The notes beneath the pieces are model-generated. The model made no database searches, was not told the DNA's origin, and saw only the letters and a list, made by a program, of their open reading frames with translations. From Felis catus (taxonomy: Eukaryota), in assembly GCF_018350175.1 (NCBI RefSeq), contig NC_058369.1, forward strand, positions 49,972,001 through 50,036,000: a stretch of DNA of 64,000 nucleotides, written 5' to 3'. Below are positions 25,643 through 38,227 of the stretch, one piece after another. The translations under genes were made by a program, and so were the position numbers. Position 1 is the stretch's first letter. Each line of letters begins with the position of its first letter.

Positions 25643-26203
25643 ACCTATAATTTCCCACTCTTCCCAGAAAAGAATTTAGCCTCCATAGCAAGGTCCAATG
25701 TGATCCAGTTACCAAATACCTCTCAGGTCCCCTGATGTATTCTCCCTGTCTCTCACTGCCCTCCAACCACAGCAACCTTATGATCTCTCAGACACAGAAA
25801 ACCTGTACCCCCTTTAGAGTCTTTTCACTTATGACTCCATCCTTCTGAAATGTTCTTTCCATGGAGACTCTACTCACAGCTGACTCATTCTCCTTCTTCA
25901 GGTCTTAGCTCACATGATCCCTTCAGTCAGGCCTTCCTGGACCATCTGACGTGAAAGGACCACATATCCAGTGAATGTCTTTTCCATGTACTTCCTCCAA
26001 GGCAATCACTGCCATCCTCAATTACCTTATCTAATTATCTGTTCACCTGATTAATGCCTGTCTCCCCCCACTAGAATAGAAGCTGTGTGAGGGCAGGAAC
26101 CTTTTCTGTCTTATTCATGGTGTGCCATATCTCAGCTCAGGGCCTCCTAACCCATTGTAGTTCTCAGTTCAATGTTTGTTGAATGAATGAATGAATGAGT
26201 GAA
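25643..26203 (+). mobile_element. L2 3' fragment
   Basis: Ends ccccactagaatagaagctgtgtgagggcaggaac...tttgttgaatgaatgaatgaatga. Confidence 0.8.
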
Positions 26204-28991
26204 CAATGAAAAGGGCAGGAGACAGAGTGAAAAATCCCAGTTAGGACAAACCCATTGGTAATGACAATAACAACAACACCATTTTCAAGTGCTTAGCTTT
26301 TTCCCCATAATCAATCCTTAAGACTCATTTGAGAGGTAAAGCAGTACAGTTGAAAGGACACAGTTTGGAGTTAGAAATCCTGAGTTCAAATTTTAGTTCT
26401 GCCACTTACTGGCTATGTGATCCTGGATAGAGCTTGACTGTCCAATATCTCCATTTTTCTCCCAGAAAAATAATTAGAATTATTATGGAATAATTAGAAG
26501 TATTCTGTGATTGTCTTGAAGTTCAAGTAAGAAAAGAACTTTGTCAGCTGGAGAGCTCCAATGATGTTTATGACACCAAAACATTCTTGAAAGGGAAGGA
26601 TTAGTTTATGTACCCGGGGTGTCCCCAGTACCCAGCACAGGGCTTGGCTAAGGCAGGTGCCCCCAAATTGCTTGAAGGATGAATGAAGCTTCTGATAAGC
26701 CCTAGCACCACAAAGCAATGAGCATTGGGAAAATCAGATCTCTCACTGTTCCTACCTAGAAATGACAGTCCACTTTCTTCCAAACAGAAGCAAAAGGATC
26801 TCAGAGCTAGAGTGAAGCTGAGGTGTAATGGTCACATTTCCTCCTTTTTCCAGAACAGTCCAAAGATATAATAGTCTGTCCAGCTATCCAGCCAAGACTC
26901 TGAACTATAGGTTCCCTGGAACATTTGGCTCAAGAGAAGGGTTTGAAGAGTCAAAGTCAGCATCTTTAGCTGGGGACAGAATAAGTACTAAGCAGGCACT
27001 GGGGGGGAGGGGGTGCCTTTCTGCCCACAACAGGTTATTTTCCAGAAAAAAGAGACTGAGCCACCCCAAGCAGTAGCTCCTGATTCTCACAAGAGCCACA
27101 ATATCTGCCTCCTTAAATGACACTGGGGCCAAGGGTAAAAATATGGAGAGGAAGAGGGTCATGTGTTTGGAGCTATACAGTGTTAAAGTTAATACAATTA
27201 GAAATTTTCCATGAAACAATAATTTCTCAAGATGGGGCAAAAGGCTGGGAAAGGAGTGAGAAATGACTTCACTGAGAAGGCTTCTGCCCAGTTTGCGAGG
27301 GATAAAGCCTGTCTTTGTTATTCTCCTGGCTTCTGTTCCTGTAACTCTGAAATACAAAAGCTTCTGGCATGACATCCCAGTTCAGCACTTTTGTTCCTAG
27401 GATTTGCTACTGAATGGGCTATTCACATGGAAACTCTTTCAGGCCAGTCTTCTGTTGGCCACCGTTTATTTATACACGGGTTTACTGTGCAGCCCACCTT
27501 GGAAGTTTGGACAAACTAAACCAGGTGTAGCACTGCACCGTTTCTTCCTAGCCCTGCCTGCCTGCTCAAAGCTGATTAAAAGACAGAACCCAACCTGCAT
27601 TCATTCAACACATGTGTTCCAAGTGTCTGTCACATGCTAGGTGTTGGGACTACGGCTGGGAGCAAGCAAGACAAACATCAATTCCAGCAGATCCACGAAG
27701 GAGGAAAATGGGGAATCACGAACAGAAAGCCAGCCTTTTCCAGGAATGTAAAAAAGGAATCATAATTTGGGATCATTGGTTAAGATCTGGGATTGCTGGG
27801 GATGATGATGATATGTTAACAACCAAACTGGAGGAGGTTTTAAGAAGGAAAGTATCTCCAATAAGAGAGGAAGCCCTAGAATGTGACCTGCAGCTCCCCC
27901 ATCCTCCCAAATAAGTCACATAAAGTACTTTAAGACCACTCCCTCCCACCCTTTCAGTCTCCCTGCAACCTGGTTTATGTTAGCCCACCTGAGTCCTGGT
28001 AGAAGAGGGTACTCATTTCTGGCAGTGAGTTACAGGACCGAAAACCTCACGAAACAGCAGCATTCTCCCCAGGGTAAAAAGGGGTTGGGGTTTAGTCCTC
28101 TGTCCGGGCAGGGAAAATGCCCCCAGGACCCCAGGTTTGTAGAACTCGCTTAATAAAGATGTGGAGTTATAGGCCACAGCACAGCACTGCGAGGGAAGAC
28201 CTGGCTGATAATGTCTTACAGGACCTGTTAATGCTAGACGTGGCCAGACACTTTGCCCCACGGATGTGAGAAATCCACAGAGGGAAGCTTGCTGGTCCAG
28301 ATCTCCATAACCCAATTTTCTGAGTTTAACTAGAATTTCCCGGTTTATGGCTTGCTATAATCCCATGCCCCTTCTTCCCAGGTAAGCGCTCACTCTCACT
28401 AACTCCGATTTTAAAGCCTTGCTGAAGAGTTCAACTTTGGACCAGTTATCCTCTCTGATCCTGTGTCCTCATGTACCAAATGCGAGTGAAAATCACCGTC
28501 ATTATCATCACGGCAACAAGAACACCTTAAGTACTCACGAAACTAGAAAGAAAATGTGCATCCCAGCGCTTATTTAAAATCAGAATTGTATTCTCCTCCT
28601 CGCTGAATTGGGAGGGTGTACTCTAACACAACTTATGGAAGGCAGATTCATATAATTTAGAAACCTCCATTTAAAAACAAAACAAAAAAAACAACAACAA
28701 AAAAAAACTTAACTCCGCTGGACTCTCACCTCTTGTCTGCTCACTGGAGGGAGGGCTTGCCCGGGTTGGGGAAAGTTAGCAGGCCCAGTCGGTGAGGCTG
28801 AATACCACCTGCCTCCCCCGCCTCGCCCCGCAACACCCCCCCCCCCCCACGCCCGCCCTCCAGAACAAGGCAGAAGGGTGGGAAGGGGAACACGCTCAGC
28901 ATTTATTTTTGGACCCAGCTCACTAAAAATACCTCGGCCTACCAGTTTGATCACTCTCCCCTCTGACCTGAATGGATCGCGGGGCCCAGCA

Positions 28992-29004
28992 GCCCGCCCC
29001 ACCC
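28992..29004. promoter_or_regulatory. GC/CACCC box (Sp/KLF)
   Basis: GCCCGCCCCACCC in the promoter island. Confidence 0.55.
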
Positions 29005-29016
29005 TCTGCCCGTTGT

Positions 29017-29026
29017 CCTTTAAAGG
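29017..29026. promoter_or_regulatory. CArG box (SRF site) CCTTTAAAGG
   Basis: Perfect CC(A/T)6GG and palindromic. It is an AT patch embedded in the CpG island. Confidence 0.6.
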
Positions 29027-29108
29027 AGAAGGGCGTGGGGACGGATTCCTGCAGCTCACTCGAGGGACTGATGAGAGCCGCCCGGACGGGCAGGGGCCGC
29101 GGCCGCAC

Positions 29109-29116
29109 TGACGTCA
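29109..29116. promoter_or_regulatory. Full palindromic CRE (TGACGTCA)
   Basis: Perfect CREB/ATF site within cTGACGTCAg, ~290 nt upstream of the ATG, inside the CpG island. Confidence 0.8.
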
Positions 29117-29192
29117 GGGCAGCGCTCGCGCCGCAGCAGCCGCCCAGCGCGGCCCTGGCCGCCCAGAGGGAGGGGGTTGAGCCGCGCGCTGC

Positions 29193-29234
29193 GATTGGCT
29201 GGCCGAGCGCGAGCGCTCGCGAGGATTGGCTGGC
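29193..29234 (-). promoter_or_regulatory. Two inverted CCAAT boxes (NF-Y), 31 bp apart
   Basis: GATTGGCTGGC occurs at 29193-29203 and 29224-29234 (reverse complement GCCAGCCAATC). Confidence 0.8.
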
Positions 29235-29401
29235 GCGGTTTTAGAGGGAGTCCCGCTCTCCAATTAAAGGACCTCGCGGCGCCAGGCCGAGCGCAGAGCT
29301 CCCCCTGGGCCCGCGAACCTGGCCATTCAGCCAGCGCTGTCCCCGCTGCGCGCCCTAGCGCCTCTGCCGAGAAGCCAGGCGCTGTTCCTGCACCACAGAA
29401 G

Positions 29402-29443
29402 ATGGCAAAGGTGGCTAAGGACCTCAACCCAGGAGTTCAGAAG
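29402..29443 (+). CDS. LMCD1: LMCD1 coding exon 1 (codons 1-14, MAKVAKDLNPGVQK)
   Basis: ATG at 29402 in strong Kozak context (aagATGG). 14 codons match the recalled N-terminus of mammalian LMCD1 (human MAKVAKDLNPGVKK). Followed by a canonical donor AAG|GTGAGC at 29444, phase 0. Lies at the 3' edge of a CpG island. Confidence 0.96.
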
Positions 29444-31249
29444 GTGAGCTGCTATCTGTCTGTACTTAACCCACATTCTACCTTTTCCTTGTGCCCCTCT
29501 CCCAGGTTTCGCGGAGACTTCCCCAGACGTAAGTAGAAGGAAATTCATTAAATTCCAAGACTTCCCAGAAAACAAGTTGGGAATACATATTTGAGCCAAT
29601 AGGCACACACCCTAAAACTTACTCTTAAAAGCCATTGTGTAAAGTATTTGCAAAGAATCTTAGTTCTTCGGTGATGCTAATTAAAATTTAAATAAAACTT
29701 TTTTTTCTTTTTAAGAGTAATTCTGTTGTCTGAAACGGGGGGGGGGGGGGGACCCTACCTCCTCCCACCCCATCTTCCACCTCCCGGAATTGAGGTGAAG
29801 GCTTGGGGGAGAGTAACATTTACTCACAAGGAATCTCCCTTTTGGCTGTCTGTCCTCCTAGTAATTTTTGGTTTTCACTCACACACACACACGTTTCTTT
29901 AGTTGGTGATGTTGGCAATGGCAGCAGTGCCAGCACAGGGGAACTAATTTCTGTCCCCAGGGTCTGCACGTTTCCCTTTCAGGAAGGGCTGGCCCAGAGC
30001 CCAGAAGGTCACGGGTGAATTACTGCAGGAGAGGCCCTCAGCTGTGCCTGTAGCTCCAACACCCACCAGCTACTTACCTGGATGCAGTTGGGAGAGGGCA
30101 CAGGTCAGAGACTTAGAGGGCAAGTGAGCTGGAAAGGAACAGAGAGACAGACAGTCTAAGCCAGTGGAGAAACAGAAGCCCGGGGTTATAGAGCATTGGT
30201 TCCAGCAGGCAACACAGGGTAAGGAAAGCCTTAGGCTCTGAAACCCTGGCCCAGCCCCTTTTTAGCTATACTGTTTTGACCAAGTCACTTTTCTGTGCCT
30301 CATTTTCCTTGTCTCCAGTTTGGGGGATAATAGACCTCGCCTCCCTCCCAGCAGTTGTATCAGTAATGATACACTATGGGTTAATCTCCCAAAGCAGTCA
30401 TTTTTAAACTCTTGCGGGCAGAGTCCTCCTTAGACATCTGCCATTACCTGTGGAGTAGAATGAGAGGCAAAAAACCAAAACCAAACAAACAAAAAACCCC
30501 AAACCCATGTCCCACTCAAAATAAAAATGCAAGCCAGATACTTAGAGCCACAGAGTTCATGCATCTGATTTATTGCTGCACCATTACATAGCCGTCCTGC
30601 CCCAGACTCCCACACAGAGTCCTGCAGACCTTTCTGAATGTGTTCACCAAGTCAGACTTAATCAGGGCATCTCTGGAACGTACCGTGTCCCATCACATTT
30701 GCCAGACTATTTGGAGAATCAGGTCGTCTCTCCTTCTATGGAATTCTCAGAACACTTTAGATCTTGGTAAGGTACTTGCTAATTTCTACCTAGTAGTGAG
30801 TCCTGCACAGACTGCTCTTAATTCTTTACACATCTTTCTACACTCCTTGAAGGCAAACCTTTCTGGTTCATCTCTGTTCCAGCACAGCATACCATACACA
30901 GCAGGACTCAATAAACTACCAGGGAACTACTGAATATCCGTCCAGCTAAGACCATAGTGTTCGCGGACAGTACATTTTGTACATGAATGTTTTTTAACTT
31001 GTAGCAGCCGGACATTTGTGTGCCTGAACTGCCTCCCCAAATTCGGCTGAGGTAAAAGAGTTTAGGGCTAAAGGGGCAGAGCTCCCACTGTCCTCTACAA
31101 AGTCAGGTGATTTGGGGGTGGTTTTACTGCATGTTGACTGATAGATAATGTCTGAAGTAAGGCAGAGTACATGGAAACCCTCCTCTTTACTGAAAGCCAA
31201 AGCCACAGCTTGGAGGAAGCCTTGTTTTTATTTTCCTTTGCATCGGAGA

Positions 31250-31381
31250 NNNNNNNNNNNNNNNNNNNNNNNNNNNNNNNNNNNNNNNNNNNNNNNNNNN
31301 NNNNNNNNNNNNNNNNNNNNNNNNNNNNNNNNNNNNNNNNNNNNNNNNNNNNNNNNNNNNNNNNNNNNNNNNNNNNNNNNN
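31250..31381. other. Assembly gap (132 N)
   Basis: Run of N. The flanks gaga / agaga suggest an unresolved (GA)n tract. Confidence 0.99.
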
Positions 31382-34300
31382 AGAGATGAAAGGGTGGACT
31401 TTTTTTTTTTAACCTCTTGGGACTGTGGCAATGAGGAGGACGGTCACCACTATGTAGATTAACCAAAGTCTTCAACTCAAAAAGTCAAGGGAAAAGAAGG
31501 GAGCGGGAGAGAACTTCTCTTTGCTGAACTTTATAATAGTGATTAAACACTGTCATACCAACAGCATGCTGAAAAGCTTTTATTGCATATTTACTCTTTA
31601 AATCTGCAGCAGCGGGGCGGGGGGTATAACATTTGGCTTCAGGATGCCTAATCACACGTAGGCATTTTGAAACCATTTTATTAGACTCTTGGAGCTGCAA
31701 GAGACGCATTTACAAAATGAGAAATGGTTTAAAATGGCATACAAACTGTCTCTGCTGCCCTACCCCCAAAGGGAAGAGGGATACGAGGAATCCTTAGCAG
31801 CTGGAAAGTCATAAAAAGGTCTTCAGGAGAACATAAAATCCAGAACCCGGAGTAGCCTTAGAGACTGTCTAACCAATCTGACAGAGTGGCTCCTGAGGAT
31901 CACATACCTAGTTAGTGGCAGACCTTAGAAACAGTTACCTGCCTCCTCTCATCTGTGCCAAGTTCACTGCTCCCAGTGGCTACTCTTGAGCCATCATGTG
32001 TTTTTTTTCTACTGGGAAAGAGAAGGTGTCCTAGCACAGAAAGTTCCCTGAGCATAGTCAACATTCCTTGGTAATAAAGGGCCTTGAAGGCCAAATGCCA
32101 TTTCTTTTAGTGGAATCAACCACTACTGCGGATTTATTCTGTTGTTGATTAAGCAAATTTAAGAATACTTGTACTGCTGTTCTTGTAACCAGATCCAGGT
32201 TCCTACCCCAACTCTACCACTTACTAGCTATGTGCTCTTGGGCAAGCGAATTAACTTCTGAGTCTGTGTCCTTATCTGAAAATTGGAGAGACGGTTGCAG
32301 CACCTACCTCCCAAAGTATCCGTGGTCATTAAATGAGATAACGTATATGACAGGCTCAGCAGGGCAGCTTTCAGAGTTAGCTAGGAGTAGTAGGCGTAGT
32401 GGTAGGAGTAGTATTGGTTGGCAATGGTAGATTTCGATGGGTGTGTGAATGCTGAAAGGAGTCTTTTGGTGGATAAAGGCCATGCTTTTCTTTATGACTA
32501 TCTCATCTCAAGAGCAACTAATTTTTATTCAGCTGAACCAAAGCCAGTTGCTCAGTCTTGATAAGTTGAACATTGATCTTGCCTCCATTCTCCCCCCAAC
32601 AGATACAAAATCTGCTTACAGGGAACAGAGATCACCAGTCATCTCACTCTGGAGTCATAGAATTTTAGGCCTGAAAAGGGACATGGAGCTCTTTTCACTT
32701 TTTAGACAAGGAAACTTAGCCCCAGAGGGGTCCAGCTCCTTACGTGAGATTGCTGAGAAAATGTGCCGAAACCCATTAGGCTTTGCAAGAATACAGGCCT
32801 ATTGGCTGCCAAGGAGCCACTTGCAGGAATTTAGAAAGGACTAGAACAAAGAGATCTAAGAGCATGTTCACTGTTGACTGTACATGTGCCAGTGGATTGG
32901 CTCCAAAGGGAGCCAGTTTTTTCTGTTTTCACCCCTCAACACAATGTCAGAAGAAGATTACATGATGGTTCTAAGTGCATTGCCAGGTTCAGCTGGGCGT
33001 CTCCCCACATCCTCGTCTGCATCCCCTCCCTCCTGGCTTTCCTGTCCCCCGGCTTCATCCTCTCCTCTGCCCTCAGCGCTTCCTGCTTTCACCTCCAGTT
33101 CCTGCAGCGTGCAAAACTGCTGGCGTGTTGCCTGAGCGAGCCGATCCAATGTAAACACAGCTCCTCAAGAACTGTCGTTGGCTCCTTCAATCTTAAAAAT
33201 ATACTAGGCTGTCACTTAAAGATCTTTATAGCCAAGGCAGTGGAGACATGCCCATAGGTGTATAAGGAACTTGGCCCCAAAGAGAGCGTTTTTAAAAAAG
33301 AAAGACAGAAATTATCCAAGTCCTTCTTAAAGGATCTCTGAAAACAGATGCTGAAGCCATTACTTGGTAAATTGCAGATGCTTGTCATCTTGTGCAGACC
33401 TGTGTGAATATGTGGGGTTGGCGGCTGCTGATGGACTTTCACCAGTGCATCCACCACCTGGGGTGGTAGGGGGCAAGGAAAGGCTTAATCACAGACTATC
33501 TCCAGGCTTTACACTCAGCCATCTAGGCTCCAAGACCTCCTCTTAGCCAGGGCTTATCCACCATTCTATAAGCAGGACGGGGGGAAAGGACTTTGGTATT
33601 TCCCTCTGAAGTTCCTGTGGTTTGATCCTCTCTCCACATTAACTAGCCAAAGGTGACAGGAAGAAAAAGAATAGGCTGAGTCCAGCAAAAGCTGGGGACC
33701 AGGAAGGAGGGACAGTGACACAGGCTCACGTGTGCCTCTTTCTTTCCCACCCCCATGCCTGCCACTTCTGGTGAGAATAAGGTAAGGACAGAAAGGTGAG
33801 GGAATAATTCCTCCTACAGCCTGCTGGAGTCAGCAGGTCTCCTGAAGAGGTATTCAATTTGATTTTGGAAAGGAGATTCATTTTTGCTTTCCAACTTACA
33901 CATTCAAAATAGCGTGTGAATAATAAAGTGGAAATCTGTCATGATGAGCATAGACCTTGGGAGTTCTTATCTCCCCAGGGTTCATCCAACACCACTGAAA
34001 TATTTATTATGAGAAGTTTTCTGGCAGGGGTTGAGTCATGATAATAACTGCAGGCATTTCTTTACCAGGTGACTTTGGACAGGTCACCTTTCCTAGGAAG
34101 TAGTGGACCTTGAAGGAGAACCAGTCTTCCTTTTCCCTCCAGTCCACTGACCTTTCCAGTACACCAGACTGTCTCCCAAATAGCAAATGTTTATGGAAAA
34201 CAGGCCTAAAACTTTGTCCCACTGAAAGTAGAATTGTGGAACGGCTCTTCAGGACATCCAGAAGGAAGAGACAGCTGTTGTCCTTTAAGTGCCTTCCTTT

Positions 34301-37300
34301 GGAAGTACCACCCCCCTCCTTTTCATTTGCTGTTGGGAAGAGGATTTGGCTGGCAGCTGCCATGATCTTGCCAGGTGCAGGGCCACCAACCACTTCTATA
34401 GGAGTCGCTCAAGATGATGATATTTCTTTAACTCCACATGGAATGTCTAGGGTGTCCTAAACCTATTCTTGGAGCTTCATACATATCAATGGCATGGATC
34501 TGCAGAAGTTCTAGAAATGCTTTCTATAAAGCTTTTATAGAAAGCATTAAACAAGAAGTTGGGTCTCATTATGTGCACTGAGATTCTTTCAGTGGCCAAC
34601 ACTTATACTTGGTATCTAAGCCTAAATATCTGATGTGGAAATTTGATGGTGGTTTCACAAAAACAGAAATGGTAATACAATTACAAGGCTTTGTCAAACT
34701 TCCAGATCAACCCTTTGCTCATTGTCTGCTGTTTTATATGAGAAGCAAACCCTTTTACACTTTCTCTCAGAAGGGACATGTTTGATCTTTTATCATTTAT
34801 TTGGACTCCTGTCCCCTAAGGACTCTCCAGGAAGACTCCTTCATTCTCTGCTAGCATAGACAAATTCGAGGAAAGACAAAAGAGAGGAGGGAAAGACATC
34901 TCTTGAGTACATGTGGGTGCCTGACATTTTCTCACATCCCATTTAGCCTTAAAGACTACCATGCAAAAATTTGAATATCCTTTCTACACATGAGTAAATT
35001 AAGATTAAGTGATTATATGATGGCAGGTTACAAACTCAAACCCAGTCTTCTCTGGTCCCAAACCTTAACCTCTTTCCACTCTAAGAAAAAAATAAGAAGG
35101 CTTTCCTCAGAAGTAGCAGTCTGGTGGAGGGGAGCTGTGATTATCAGCGAGAGCTCCACTCAGAGATCAAAGTCCCTCTACACCTTACTAGTCTGATTCA
35201 GGAATTACTCAGGATTTACCAAATGTTACCAGGCATTTGTACCTCTCTGGTATGTCTTGGTCACTATACTGTCACCCACATCAAGTCAAAGCCATTTCCA
35301 GATATAGAACAAGGGCTTTCTAGATTTCTCCTGTTCCTGGTTTTCTAGAAGTCTGGTATAACTCTCAAGGGAGGGGGCTAGTAGGGAGACAATCTAAGGA
35401 AGCATACAATAATATCCTGAAATTACTGAAGAAGCAGTGACCCTTGGCCAAAAAAATAAAAATAAAAATAAAAATAAATCCTAGAGATCCCAGTCCCAGA
35501 GCTTCCAGGAAATTCTAGCCTGGGGATAAGCTTGACCTCTGGAATGTGTATCTCTACATGCCTGGTCAGCCTGACTCATGGTCTACCCAATAACACGTGA
35601 ATCAGGACCAAGCAAAACACAGCCAAGCCCCCACCAGGACATGCTTTAAAAGGAAATAAGATTGCTGAGGGGGGCGAAAAGCAAAGGCTCCATTTGGCAC
35701 GTCACTCTCTGGAAGAACAAAAGAGTACTGGGGTCCAGCCCATGGCGGCTGTTTCAAATCCACATGATATGTTTATGGATTTTTTTTCTCCTTGTGTTTT
35801 AAAACATTAGGTTCTTTATCAAATTAATCTTTGGAGAAAAATGCAAATGAATCATTTAAAAGAGCTGAGCAGAATCTAGGGATCCTTTGTGTGGCAGTTG
35901 GGACACCGGGGAGAAATAACATGTCCAAGATTTACCTGAGACATAACCAAAAGATGCACTGATTCACAGCATCTTTTATGAATGCAGGAGAAAAGGGGAT
36001 CTTCTCTATTCTGTCACTTCCATGCCCAGAGGACTCTAATTTCACACCCTCAAACTTCAGAAGGTCAAGTGAACGTTTTGGCTATGAATTTAGCTTTAGC
36101 CACATGATTTAGAGGCCAACTGAGAAGCGGTTAAACACACAGCCTTTGCAAGTATGGAGATCTAGATGTGACTCATGGTTCTGCCATTTGCTAGGTCTGT
36201 AATCTCTGCCAAGTTGCTTTTCCTCTCTGGACCTCTGGTTCCCCATTTGAGAAAGCGAGTTAACAATAGTTCTACATGTAAACAATAGTTAACGAGATAA
36301 AGCACGAAAAGTGCCTGGATGCCTAGTAAGTGCTCAAAAAATATTTCCTCTTGCCGTTACTGGTATCCCCTCTCATCAGTACAGCACAGAAATCCCATAG
36401 GTAGTTAAACCAAGTTCAGCTTACCTACGTCATGTCACATGTGGCTTCCAAGATATCAGATTGCAGGACCTTCTCTTTGTAGCTAAACTTAGACTTAGCC
36501 ATAAATATACTCAGGCAGCATCATATGCAAAATCGTGACAATGGCAACAATTTGCTTTGGGTAGCTGTTGCTCCACTTCTAAAAAGGAGCCCTCCCCTTG
36601 CCTGAGACCAGTCATTGGCACCAGCCATGTGATCTTACACAGGGACTACCTCTCACCGAGCCTCGGATGTCTTGCTTATAAATCAGGGTAATGGTCAGTC
36701 ATTTCTTCATTTAGCAAATATTTATTTAGCTTCTGTCATGTGCCAAGCACCGTGCTGAGCACTGAATAAAAGACAATGAATAAAACAAGTTTTGGTCCTT
36801 GCCACATAAACTTGAGTCTGCTCAAATGCATTTCTCATAAAGGTAGGATAAAGGCCAAATAACGTCAGTGTCCTAGAATTCTGTGTGTTCCATGACCATC
36901 TGTAGCGCTCAGGTGTATACACACACACCTACCTCTTCTCCTTTGCTACCCACCCTCATATTTCCCAGCACTGCACATTTGAGCCACAACCAACCCCAGT
37001 CATGTCTACAGTGCAACAGTACAACGAGTATGATAATTCTCCCAGTTACTGCATTTTAAACAGGCAGTTTAGTGATGAGAAGTCTGAGGCAAGGGGCATA
37101 CTGGCAGCTCTCAGGTGCTACTGGTAACAAGCAGCCCCTTCAGCTGCCTTGCAGACATGGAAGAAGACAGATCGTCGGTGCTCAGCCTATGTCCTCAGAT
37201 ACAGCCCAACACCCCAGGCTCTGTCCTTAGTGGTGTTGATGGCAGGGGCACCAAAGGACAGGAGCACAGAGAAAGGTCTCTTGGCTGACTAACACCCCAT

Positions 37301-37636
37301 AACCTGCCCTTAAGAAGACGGCATCTATTTGGGCTGTATGACTAAGTGACATGTCCAGGTACTGATTCATGAGGCTGACTACCAAGGTGACTGGCCTGGC
37401 TAATCCATTGGCTAGAAGAAGTGGAGGGAGAGAGGAGCCCAGCCCTGCCCTCATCCTGGAAGAGAGCCACCCACCTGCTGAGACATTCCTGTGCTCCCTA
37501 CCCAACCCTGGCACTGATGCCAGCCAGTGTCCTTCTTAAGGGGGATCTGGCCCCAATGTGGGCAGGGGTCAGCATTTGTGGGCTTATTGTAGAGGAAGTC
37601 AAGGGAATTTTTTAAATCTTGCTAGCGGATGGAGGA

Positions 37637-38170
37637 GAGGTTTTTAACCAGGGATCTGTGGATAGAATTGAGGGTATTAAGGAATGTAAATGAGGAAAAA
37701 TCGCATCCCAATATACCCAGCCTCTATCTGATTCAGCTTTTTCTTCAGTTATGATGCAAGGCAAAAGCCCAGATAGCTTAGCAGCCCCTGACTTGTCTTT
37801 TTAACCAAATAAAGCTATTGAACAAGATATTTACATTAGAAAAAGATAGCTGGATGTAGGCCCTATGCCCTTGATACCAGTGGAAATGTGATACTTTCAT
37901 ATCCTATTACAGCTGAGATAGATGTCTAATGTACCACTTACGCTTATCCATGTTCTGGAATAACAATAAATCCACTGCTGAGTCTTGTTAATAACTTAAT
38001 AAAGGCATGTGTGTTCCTAAATCATAGATCTGTTTTTATCTATTGATACTGTTTCAGTAATAATGGTTTCCTCTGTAATGCTACATATTTTATGCATTTA
38101 GAACATTATTCTAAGAGGGAATGCCTTTGTGTCAGACAACCAAAAGAGCCCAAATACATTAAGACCTCTG
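37637..38170. mobile_element. Old hAT-Charlie-type DNA element (MER113-like)
   Basis: Imperfect terminal inverted repeats agaggtttttaac / attaagacctct with an AT-rich interior. Family assignment tentative. Confidence 0.5.
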
Positions 38171-38227
38171 TCAAAATCAAGCTTTAACAGTATTCTGTAT
38201 ACATATACACAAATATGTGCATATATA

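Larger units (their letters stand above)
28780..29450. promoter_or_regulatory. LMCD1: CpG-island promoter and 5' UTR of LMCD1
   Basis: Sharp rise in GC and CpG density against a CpG-depleted background, directly upstream of and including exon 1. Confidence 0.92.

Noticed and set aside
29177-29536. 119-aa ORF running in frame through LMCD1 exon 1 (possible N-terminal extension)
   Set aside because: It starts at a TTG upstream of the CCAAT boxes, so probably upstream of the TSS. There is no in-frame ATG, CTG or GTG in the likely 5' UTR. GC-rich DNA is stop-poor, and the 3' part reads into the intron.
31610-31665. GC box followed by TATAA and an ACGTG core in intron 1
   Set aside because: Short motifs, no spacing between GC box and TATAA, and no CpG island or downstream donor identified. 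Not distinguishable from chance.
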